Shown here: positions 55,488-64,000 of the stretch, one piece after another
Layout of the letters: the number at the start of each line of letters is the position of its first letter
Numbering within the stretch: position 1 is the first letter of the stretch
DNA from: Candidatus Bathyarchaeota archaeon
GTDB lineage: Archaea > Thermoproteota > Bathyarchaeia > Bathyarchaeales > Bathycorpusculaceae
Assembly (NCBI GenBank): GCA_963775685.1
Contig: CAVZJV010000014.1
Location: forward strand, 288,001-352,000
Length of the DNA: 64,000 nucleotides
Direction: 5' to 3'
The notes under the pieces: model-generated
What the model was told of the DNA's origin: nothing
Databases searched by the model: none
The model's input: the letters and a program-made list of their open reading frames with translations, nothing else
Position numbers and translations under genes: made by a program

Positions 55488-55835
55488 TCATAGTCGCCGC
55501 GCCCAGTTAGCGCTTATCCCAGCTGCGCCTTCAGCATCACTACGCTGCAAACACATTATCGTTCCCTTCCCATCTTTATGAACAGCAACATGCAATTCGA
55601 TCGGTTGGTTTGACGCATCACACTGCTTGCCGGCTTCAGCGTTGATGTGCTGCGGAACGGTGAAGGCAGCTTTCTGGTTGTAGTCAAAAGTCTCTTGGAA
55701 GCCGACGTTTAAGTCGAGTTTTGGCTGCCATGCATAGCGGCAGATTGGACACCGAAAACGCGGGTTAACTCCGCTGGCTGGATCATTGGAGGATATTGAG
55801 TTATAGAAGAGCTGCTTGTAGATTGTTTGGCTCAT
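55488..55835 (-). CDS. Zn-binding hypothetical protein
   Basis: CPIC..H..C; GAGGTG SD upstream. Confidence 0.6.
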   Translation of the reverse strand: MSQTIYKQLFYNSISSNDPASGVNPRFRCPICRYAWQPKLDLNVGFQETFDYNQKAAFTVPQHINAEAGKQCDASNQPIELHVAVHKDGKGTIMCLQRSDAEGAAGISANWARRL

Positions 55836-55951
55836 AATATTACACCTCGTTTATGTTTCAATTCGAAGGTTGTTGGGTGGTTTTTTTGGTTTTTAGTTTT
55901 GTTTTGTTCAAACATTCTTTTTGTTCCCTAACCCATCTTCGCTGCTTTAGC

Positions 55952-56024
55952 TTTTAAGACCAGTAGAACGGTTATGGTAAGTGGGTAACCCAGTTACGGT
56001 AACTGGGAGATAACTGAAAGTGAA
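55952..56024 (+). repeat. 73-bp direct repeat, copy 2, with a perfect 9-1-9 palindrome
   Basis: CCCAGTTAC-G-GTAACTGGG. Confidence 0.92.
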
Positions 56025-56124
56025 CAGTCTCAGTTAAAATTTAGTGAAAATGAAGTGCTTCACTTTCACTCTCCTCTAACCTATCACAGGTATCTGTTTG
56101 AGCCTCGGCTTTAAATGCTAAAAG

Positions 56125-56442
56125 TTGCAACAGAAGAAGCCCCAGGAAGGTGACTTGCGTTTGGATTTAGCAACGATCCTGTCTTCAAATTGCAGGCGAA
56201 AGATAATCAAATATTTAGCTGAAAATGGTCCAACTCACATGATGCAGCTAATACTTGTAATAAGAGGCAAATATCCACAAGTCAACTCTGAACTTCTAAT
56301 ACTCCAAAAAGAAAACATCATTATCGACCAACGTATCGGTCGAATGCGCATGCTCCGGCTTAACAAGGAAAACGCTGGTACCTTACAGATTATCCAAGCG
56401 CTAAAGATTTTATCTGATAAAAACTCGAATATACGAGATTGA
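56125..56442 (+). CDS. ArsR-like winged-helix regulator
   Basis: ILSSNCRRKIIKYL..QVNSELLILQKENII..GRMRMLRLN. Confidence 0.75.
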   Translation: MQQKKPQEGDLRLDLATILSSNCRRKIIKYLAENGPTHMMQLILVIRGKYPQVNSELLILQKENIIIDQRIGRMRMLRLNKENAGTLQIIQALKILSDKNSNIRD

Positions 56443-56855
56443 GAGGGATAAAATTGAAGGCTTCCCAAACTGAAGAAACAAATCTATTATTGCTCTCAGA
56501 AGGGTTAATTTCACAGACGAGTAACATTAGGGAAGCGATCACAAATTTTCTAAATCAAACAGTCACCCTCCCAACTGAACTTATCGCTCGGATCAAAGAT
56601 TTTACGGGATCCTGCAAAGGGGATTTCGCAAGCAAAGAGGATTTTGTTATTGATGCAATCAATTTTAGATTAGAATGGCTGAAGAGTAATAGCGAATGTT
56701 TTGAAATCTCTCGTGAACAGTATGATGCGTTAAGTGAAGCTCTTAAGGAAATGGGATCCGAGTTCTTCTCGGTTGAAGAATTCGTTCAAGGCCAAATTGT
56801 TGACGTTTTGAAAAGATACGACGATTATTTGAAGAGCAAAAGAAGAAAAAGATGA
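56439..56855 (+). CDS. Tandem ribbon-helix-helix protein
   Basis: TVTLPTELIARI..SKEDFVIDAI and FEISREQY..SVEEFVQGQI. Confidence 0.6.
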   Translation: MRGIKLKASQTEETNLLLLSEGLISQTSNIREAITNFLNQTVTLPTELIARIKDFTGSCKGDFASKEDFVIDAINFRLEWLKSNSECFEISREQYDALSEALKEMGSEFFSVEEFVQGQIVDVLKRYDDYLKSKRRKR

Positions 56856-57543
56856 TTACAGTAAAGGAGATTAAGGAACTACTTAGTGCATTCACTCGTT
56901 GGAACATACTGAAGTGAAACAGTTAATCGATTCCTATTCAAGCTGTTTTTGATTCCATTATTTGCTTCTGTGTTGCCTTTTCCTAAGCTTGCATGTCCGA
57001 ACCTGACTACTTTCTAGTTCTGGGTAATCCCATCGTTAATCCCTCGCATAATCTTTGGGTTACTATTCAAGATTTAGAAGGCATTTTTGTCTGCAAAGTA
57101 TAAAGCTCAGCTCTGAAGTTTAAGAGCCGTTTGCCAACCCATTTGCTAACTCTTTCGCCAACGCCTTCTCAGGTATCCGGCGGCATTTTTTGTTTTAATA
57201 GTTCCAATCGTTATTGTCGTATCAGTTTTCGTGATTGCCTCTCTTCTGTTTTATAGAAGGCATCGAAAATAATCTCTAAAAACAAATCCAACGTTTAGAG
57301 AAAAAGCATAAAGTAAATTTTAGATAAAAAGCTTGATAAACTTAACTTTCTCAAGATATCCTTAGCTTTAGTCTAGGTTTTTTCGGTGAAGAAAGGTAGT
57401 CAAGGATTTTCACTTTGGCTTTACTCACTACTGTTTGGTGAGGTCGTTTTTCCATTTGTTTTATATGGAATTTTAGCTTATGCATGTGTCCTAAGTGATT
57501 GCCAATGAGAAAGATTTCAGGTTGTTTGGAGGTTTAGCTGGTT

Positions 57544-57654
57544 ATGGGTAAGACTGTTCCAGCCTACCGTATGGCTTTGGAGGAAGAGAATATCCGTTGG
57601 AGCGGCTTTGAGAGGGCTTTGCAAAGTGGGGCTTACGATGGGTGGCGCTCATAG
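57544..57654 (+). pseudogene. Truncated N-terminus of the small PolB2-operon protein (arCOG07300-like)
   Basis: MGKTVPAYRMALEEENIRWSGFERAL, then similarity is lost; GGAGG upstream. Confidence 0.55.
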
Positions 57655-57817
57655 CCTTGGCTGCGACTGGCGTGGCCGTTAGGGCAATGGTTGCTAACCT
57701 AAGTCTTACGGGAACGTTCTCGGCTTAGCAAAGGGCGGAGTGGTAGCCGAGTTGTTTTTCAAGTATTTCCTTGAAAAACGGGGTAACCTATTATATAAGG
57801 AGCTTTTTTCTCGTCGT

Positions 57818-58072
57818 CGTTTAATGATAATGCTGCTGTTTTTGAGGAGTAACTCACTATCCGGTGAGATAAAATTCAAACCTGATCTATAATAGACAAC
57901 CCATCCAAACATAAAGCGAGGTAAATATCGGGTATAGTTAAGGCATCTCATAGTAGAAGTTGGAACACCTAGAACGGCTGGAACCCCTAATACGAAAGAA
58001 GCTATTTTATTGCCGTTTAAGGATAATGCGGTTGTTTGCGAGGAGTAACTCATTATCAAGTGAGGTAATTTT
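57818..58072 (+). repeat. Imperfect ~59-bp direct repeat, copies 196 bp apart
   Basis: CGTTTAAxGATAATGC..GAGGAGTAACTCAxTATCxxGTGAG at 57818 and 58014. Confidence 0.75.
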
Positions 58073-58886
58073 CTACTATTTGATAGAAGGTCTTTCATTA
58101 GGTGCGATAGGAAAAGAGGTTCTTGACGCGTTTAACCCTCTTTTGATAATCTAAGCTCAATTCATGCAAGGTTTACTAGGAAAAATAAGAAAGAATTTTC
58201 CTACTGGGAGAAAAAATCAGAACAATACAGACAGCTTTTAGGGCATTTTGAGTTGGCTTAGTTTTGGGTTTACTCCCGCTCTCTAGAATGAATGTACAAG
58301 TTATGCTATTATCGAAAATAAATCATTCCTTGCTTGTGAGTTGTTAAAGAGTTTTTTTGTGCTTTAATCAAATATTGGTGGAAGCAGAGTCATTACAGCC
58401 ACAGAGGGATAAGTAGTCATTTTGTGTTCGCCTTAATGTTTTTTAATAAACAAAAAAAGAGAAAAAAGGGAAGGTTGAGCGGGAGATAACGCGGAGAGAT
58501 AACTAAAATAAACCTTTCCAGAAGAAACGAAGCTATGAGATTCAAAGCCACTTTTTCACTGAGTGCGATGGATATCATTGGGATAGAAAATTAAACTTTT
58601 TAGGTTTCTATAAGAGGTGCAATATATGTGGGGAACTTCACGACCTATTCAACAACCTTAACCTCCCCACATATACTCAAACATAGAAAACATTTATTCC
58701 AAAAAGCTCCAATATAATACCAACATAGTCCTGTTAGGCTTTTGTAATGTTTTACAATTGAGTCCAAATAAGTTTGTTTTGGTGGTATAGTGAAATTAAT
58801 TGGGCTAAATTCATAGATTATATATACTTGGATGGGTTAATGTTGATAAATTCCGTCTATTAAGTGAAGTTTATTGGGGAGCCGCT

Positions 58887-59906
58887 TTGAAAATTAGAAT
58901 AGGAAAAAGAAGCGCTATTGTATTGTCGACAATTGTACTTCTTTTTTCTTTGATATTAAGTTCGTTTCTTTACATAAACTATACAAAGCCCTACAATGGG
59001 TCAGTAGAATCAATTACTATAGGCGCTACACTCTTGGAATCCACAGGACCCCTGTTTGTTGCTAAAGATAGGAATTTTTTTTCCAACAACGGCCTTAATT
59101 TAACCATAAAATATTATGATGTTGGATTAAACGCCGTTAACGACCTTTTGGCAGGCAAAGTAGATATGGCTTTGAGCGCTGAGTACATATTAGTCAGCAA
59201 GGCACTGGGCAATCAGAAAATTCAAACAATCGGAAGCATTGCCAAAACCGATTTTGCGTATGTAGTTGCTAGAAAGGACCATGGAATCCGAGATATCTCA
59301 GACCTTTACGGCAAAAATATTGGCGTTGTTCGGGGAACAGTAATGGAGTTCTATCTAGGTCAATTCCTTGAACTTAACCGATTGAGCATATCGAATGTAA
59401 ACCTCGTTAACATAACGCTTGCGCAGTCAGTTGATGTTCTGGTTAATGGAGAGGTGGATGCAGTAATTTCTTTTCCGCCTTTTGTTGAAACCGCTCAGCA
59501 GAAACTTGGTACCAACGCCGTTGTTTGGGATCCCCAGGGAAGTCAGTCCCTATATGGTATAGTTACCGCCAGAAACGACTGGATAAGCCTTCACCCGGAA
59601 GTTGTTAAACGTTTTCTTAGAGCGGTAAGCCAAACAGAAGATTACATGACACGGCATCCCGCTGAATCAAAAGTTATCGTTGGCCAGACTATGAATTTCA
59701 CATCTGGTTACATGGATATTGTTTGGGCACGAAACGAGTATACGCTGTCTCTTGATCAATCGTTGGTTCTTGCTTTGGAGAATGAGGCAAGATGGATGAT
59801 TAACAGAAGCCTAGCCAGTCAGACAGTGATTCCAGATTTTACGAACTACATCAGCTTTGAGGGTTTAACTGCGGTAAATCCCGACTTAGTTAACGTAATT
59901 CATTGA
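58887..59906 (+). CDS. SsuA/NMT1-type substrate-binding protein
   Basis: N-terminal TM, DLYGKNIGVVRGT, GEVDAV, HPEVVKRFLRA. Confidence 0.85.
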   Translation: MKIRIGKRSAIVLSTIVLLFSLILSSFLYINYTKPYNGSVESITIGATLLESTGPLFVAKDRNFFSNNGLNLTIKYYDVGLNAVNDLLAGKVDMALSAEYILVSKALGNQKIQTIGSIAKTDFAYVVARKDHGIRDISDLYGKNIGVVRGTVMEFYLGQFLELNRLSISNVNLVNITLAQSVDVLVNGEVDAVISFPPFVETAQQKLGTNAVVWDPQGSQSLYGIVTARNDWISLHPEVVKRFLRAVSQTEDYMTRHPAESKVIVGQTMNFTSGYMDIVWARNEYTLSLDQSLVLALENEARWMINRSLASQTVIPDFTNYISFEGLTAVNPDLVNVIH

Positions 59907-59919
59907 GGAGCGAAGAAAA

Positions 59920-61836
59920 ACGAAAATCAAAAATCAGTTCATCGTTTGCATTGCAGTATTCAGCTTTATGTTGCTTATCATAATCTCCTCAGTAGTATAT
60001 ACAGAACAACAAGTAGTTCAGCTACGGCTTCAAGAAGCGACTTCAAGCAACATCGAACGCTCAGCAAGTAGCCTGAGCAGTGTAGCCATCGACTATTTTC
60101 TCTATCAAGAGGACTACTTGCAGCTTCAACGTTGGAATACCACAATTTCTTCACTCCGCCAAGATATAACAAACCTAAAAGTTAACAATCAACAGCAACA
60201 AAAACTTGCTGATAGCGTTGAAAATGACCTGGAAAACATAAATCAAACTTTTGCCGATGTGACCTCCTACTTACAAAACGCCTATAGAACTGTGAGTATT
60301 AGAATTGACCCAGAATTTCAGCACAGATGGAGCAGTATGGCTGTCCAAAATCAAGCCCTTGCTTTTGACTCTTCTCAACTATCCAATTCTTTTGACAACC
60401 AAGCCCACCAAGCAAATGATACCAATACCCTCCTGATTGTTTCGCTAGCTATTACCTTTGGAGCTTTCTTGGCAACTATTTACCTCATTGTTTTTCGTAG
60501 GACCTTAAAATCGGTAACTGAACTCCAAAACGGCATCGACACTATAGGTTCAGGTAACCTCGAATACGTAATTGAAACTAAAAGAAATGATGAGGTAACT
60601 GATCTCTCCTGCGCTTTTAACAAAATGACAGCAAATTTGAAGAATCTTACTGCTTCAAAAGCTGATTTAGAAAATGAGATTGCAGGTCGCAAGAAAGCGG
60701 ATGAGGCTATGCGAGAGAGCGAAGAGCGTTTCTCTAAAGCTTTCCATAACAGTCCTATCCCACAAATTATCGCCCGTTTTGGAGATTGGCACTATGTTGA
60801 TGCAAACGAGAGCGTAGCTAATTTGCTTGAGTATAGTCGTGAAGAGTTGATTGGTCATTCTTCGGCGGAGCTGAACCTAATACCGCTTGTTAGGCGCGAA
60901 TCGGGTGTACAATCTGTTATTCAGGCAGGGGAACTGCGCGACTTTGAAACTGATGTCCGGACAAAATTTGGAAAAATAATAACAGTGCTTGTCTCAACTG
61001 AAACAATCACTCTTAACGGTGAAAAACACCTAATCAACACTTTTATCGATATTACCATGCGCAAACAGATGCAAGCTAAATTGGAAGAATACAGCAAGCA
61101 CTTAGAAGATTTAGTTAAAGAGAGAACTAAACAGCTTAAAGACGCAGAGCGGTTAGCCGCGATCGGCGCCACCGCAGGTATGGTGGGACACGATATACGC
61201 AACCCTTTGCAGGCTATAACTGGCGATGTGTATTTGGCTAAAACTGAATTAGCGGCAATGCCTGAAAGCGATGAGAAAAAAAACACATTGGAGAGTTTGC
61301 ACGAGATTGAAAAGAACATCGATTATATTAACAAGATTGTTGCTGACTTGCAAGATTTCGCTCGACCACTTAAACCGAACATAGAAGAAGCTGACTTAAA
61401 ACTGATAATTGATGAATTGCTAAGAAAGAACAGCTTGCCCGAGAACATTAAAGTAGCCGTCAAAGTGGAGTCTGAAGCAAGAAAAATCTTTACTGATTGC
61501 GCTTATCTAAACCGCATACTCTACAACCTAGTTACAAATGCTGTTCAAGCAATGCCTAAAGGCGGAAAAATATATATCAACGCTTCTAAAGATAAGAAAA
61601 CAGGCGACGCTATCATAACTGTTAAAGACACAGGCGTTGGCATACCTGATGGAGCTAAAGAAAAAATGTTCACGCCGATGTTCACTACAAAATCGAAAGG
61701 TCAAGGGTTTGGTTTAGCTGTAATCAAGCGTATGGCTGAAGCGTTAAAGGGTAACGTGTCTTTTGTGAGTCAAGAGGGTAAAGGAACAAAATTCATAATA
61801 CAAATTCCCCAAAAGTTCACAGAAACAATATCTTAA
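59920..61836 (+). CDS. Membrane sensor histidine kinase (HAMP-PAS-HisKA-HATPase)
   Basis: RNDEVTDL..FNKM, PAS domain, GHDIRNPL, NLVTNA, DTGVG, GFGL; likely start is ACG at 59920, first ATG is at 59968. Confidence 0.92.
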   Translation, partial: TKIKNQFIVCIAVFSFMLLIIISSVVYTEQQVVQLRLQEATSSNIERSASSLSSVAIDYFLYQEDYLQLQRWNTTISSLRQDITNLKVNNQQQQKLADSVENDLENINQTFADVTSYLQNAYRTVSIRIDPEFQHRWSSMAVQNQALAFDSSQLSNSFDNQAHQANDTNTLLIVSLAITFGAFLATIYLIVFRRTLKSVTELQNGIDTIGSGNLEYVIETKRNDEVTDLSCAFNKMTANLKNLTASKADLENEIAGRKKADEAMRESEERFSKAFHNSPIPQIIARFGDWHYVDANESVANLLEYSREELIGHSSAELNLIPLVRRESGVQSVIQAGELRDFETDVRTKFGKIITVLVSTETITLNGEKHLINTFIDITMRKQMQAKLEEYSKHLEDLVKERTKQLKDAERLAAIGATAGMVGHDIRNPLQAITGDVYLAKTELAAMPESDEKKNTLESLHEIEKNIDYINKIVADLQDFARPLKPNIEEADLKLIIDELLRKNSLPENIKVAVKVESEARKIFTDCAYLNRILYNLVTNAVQAMPKGGKIYINASKDKKTGDAIITVKDTGVGIPDGAKEKMFTPMFTTKSKGQGFGLAVIKRMAEALKGNVSFVSQEGKGTKFIIQIPQKFTETIS

Positions 61837-61888
61837 TTCATCTTTAAGCCCATTTCTTTCATTGCTAAAAAAATAAACAGTATAAAAT

Positions 61889-62413
61889 TTAGACAACGTA
61901 TCTGTCTGTTTGCTCGAAATCCCGAACAATCTCCATCACACGCTTAGGTGCATTGATGGGTCCAAGAGAAATATCTTTAAGTAAAACCCAAGGCGACTTA
62001 CGTGCAACCACAGTGGCTATGTGTTCTTCGCCAAAACTTTTCTTAGCAACGTCTACGACTTCTCTTCTAACACCTGACTCTGACATTTCCCCGAGTGCAT
62101 GCAAATACTCATGCAACAGAAGGTTGTAGACCAAGGCATTGATAGTGGGTTTATCACTCATCGAGGCCTCAACGATTTCAACTAGCGCCCTGTTTAGAAC
62201 AATATTGTTGGTTCCAACGGGGTAATAAGCGCCAAGCTGCAGGGGCAAATCGTCTAAAAACAACATCATGCTGTCTCTACGTTTGCCCAAAGTGCATTCG
62301 GCAGATTCTTTGACGATTTTCCAAACCTCCGCGTAGTTTTTGGCTTTATTCAATGTGGCGCCAAATGATTGGGTAGGGTTGGGATTGTTTGGACTCAAAG
62401 CAGTTTCCTTCAA
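61889..62413 (-). CDS. Conserved archaeal HExxH zincin-like protein
   Basis: LGAYYPVGTNNIVLN..LLHEYLHALG. Confidence 0.7.
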   Translation of the reverse strand: MKETALSPNNPNPTQSFGATLNKAKNYAEVWKIVKESAECTLGKRRDSMMLFLDDLPLQLGAYYPVGTNNIVLNRALVEIVEASMSDKPTINALVYNLLLHEYLHALGEMSESGVRREVVDVAKKSFGEEHIATVVARKSPWVLLKDISLGPINAPKRVMEIVRDFEQTDRYVV

Positions 62414-62899
62414 GGATGAAAGAAAAGAATCAAGCCTTTAAGTGTTGCACCTTGATCTGATTTTAGTGACTTGACGTCCTCGGTAGGTAATTGAAGTTGC
62501 AAAAACAATGGGTCATTCAAATATTTCATGGGCTATGAGCGGCTAGTTGTATAGCCCGAAATGTAATGTTCAAATTCAAAAGTATTAAATTAACAACTTT
62601 AGATAGGGCGGGAAAAAAAATATTTGAATAATACGGTTCTGCTTTATGAAAGAACAATACCAGTTGTTTTTGAAAAAAAAGGAGGGGGCTATTTTGGGTT
62701 GGTTTTGTTTTTTAGGCTTTGCAAAGGCTGCAGGTTGAGGTGGAGAAAGCTAAGGAAGGGTGCGTGTTCTCGTTGCTGTTACCTAAGCAATTTCTGAGAT
62801 AAGGTCGCCGAATAGGACAATAATAATTCGAGGTTCGGAACAAACAAAAAATTGATAAATGACTAATGCTTTTGTCATAGCGTTATAGGTGAAAATTGA

Positions 62900-63322
62900 A
62901 TGGCAAGTAATGTCGTCGTAAGAGACATCATGCAAAAAGACGTTAAAGTCGTAAACAACAACACAGTGATGCAAGAAGTAGTTGCAATAATGAACAAATT
63001 CGACAAAGATGCAATTCTAGTTGTCCAAAGCGGCAAACCAACCGGCATTATCACCGTCAAAGACGTCCTGATAAGAGCAGTTGAAGCTAACGTACCACTT
63101 AAAACTGTCATCGCAAGAATGGTCTACACAAACCCCCTCGTAACAATTGATGAAAACGCAACCGTTGAAGAAGCAGCAAAACTCATGAAACACTGGAACA
63201 TCAAACACTTACCAGTTGTCGACAAACAAGGCGCCCTTGTAGGCTTACTAGATGATAGAGCAATTGTCTACGCGGTTCCAAAATTGATGTCGATAATGGA
63301 AGAATTCTGCCGCCGAAAATAA
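62900..63322 (+). CDS. CBS-domain pair protein
   Basis: VRDIM, GIITVKD, IKHLPVVD. Confidence 0.9.
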   Translation: MASNVVVRDIMQKDVKVVNNNTVMQEVVAIMNKFDKDAILVVQSGKPTGIITVKDVLIRAVEANVPLKTVIARMVYTNPLVTIDENATVEEAAKLMKHWNIKHLPVVDKQGALVGLLDDRAIVYAVPKLMSIMEEFCRRK

Positions 63323-63431
63323 TTTCCTTCTCTAATCTTCAGTTTTTTATTTACCAACCATTTTTCCAAAGAATCTAATTATAACAATATATTCTGCGAA
63401 GAGCAAAAACAAGAAAAAGATAGAAAAGGGC

Positions 63432-63722
63432 TTATTGCTTGCTTTCTTTTGCCCAGGCTTCTTTGGCGATTTTAGCGATGGCGTCAGTGTTTGTCTGATC
63501 ATTTAGATCTGTCAAAACATTTTTGATTTCGTTTCTGACGAGCAAAGCAATTTCGTTGACCCGTAATGGTTCAGGTCTTGTCGATTGATATATGCGAAGA
63601 GCTCGGAGAACAAATCGAACGATTAAGTTGTTGAGTTCATCTTGTAATTCGGTGAGTTCATCCTTGCTTTCGGTCATTTTTTTGCTATAAGCGTCTGAAT
63701 CTCTTTTTCCAGTAGGTTCCAT
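63432..63722 (-). CDS. Hypothetical helical protein
   Basis: 96-aa ORF downstream of pyrG. Confidence 0.6.
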   Translation of the reverse strand: MEPTGKRDSDAYSKKMTESKDELTELQDELNNLIVRFVLRALRIYQSTRPEPLRVNEIALLVRNEIKNVLTDLNDQTNTDAIAKIAKEAWAKESKQ

Positions 63723-63804
63723 TTTTTATCGATCCTTTAAGCAGAAGTGTCAACGGCGGATTATAGCCTTTTCTAGTGAAGCAATTTATCTACAAAAAGA
63801 GGTG

Positions 63805-64000
63805 TTAAGGAAGGGGTGCTTTGGGTTTACCCAGCTTGCGGTTGACACAGGCTTGGATAAAACCGGCATATTCAGGGGAGGGTCTGCCGGGGCGGCTCTT
63901 GAATTCTCCATGAAACTGGCTGGCAAAATAGAAGTATTTGTCAGGCAACTCCAAGGTCTCCATTCTTCGTCCATCGCTGCTCTTGCCAGTAAAACATAAG
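63805..64000 (-). CDS. pyrG: CTP synthase, C-terminal end (partial)
   Basis: Manual translation FTGKSSDGRRMETLEL..YFASQFHGEFKSRPGRPSPEYAGFIQA. Confidence 0.8.
   Translation of the reverse strand, partial: LCFTGKSSDGRRMETLELPDKYFYFASQFHGEFKSRPGRPSPEYAGFIQACVNRKLGKPKAPLP

Noticed and set aside
53257-56024. Diversity-generating retroelement acting on fibre genes
   Set aside because: No reverse transcriptase is present, and the repeats are intergenic with mismatches not confined to adenines.

Overview
Archaeal chromosomal window. TBP, pelota, rpl13e/rpl15e, Pop5/Rpp30 and paralog-rich secreted beta-propeller proteins suggest Bathyarchaeia/TACK (an inference). The left half is mostly core: ABC transporters, a 10-gene complex-I-like operon built on a true [NiFe] group-4 hydrogenase large subunit, proBA, a K+-independent H+-PPase, pelota, TBP, a tRNA thiolase and AK6. 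The RNase P RNA gene (about 29909-30217) is an integration target: its 3' end is duplicated at 35661-35699, and partly at 33314-33333, around a decayed Zn-ribbon tyrosine-integrase island. A second, intact integrase of the same family sits beside the rpl15e-RNase P protein operon. It heads a satellite-like module (ATPase, AbrB, wHTH), followed by a cassette of surface and tail-fibre-like genes flanked by a 73-bp direct repeat. Two GC-rich non-coding segments (34256-34357 and 57632-57755) share seven colinear motif blocks and may be an unrecognised structured element. Many single-base frameshifts in conserved genes may be assembly errors.
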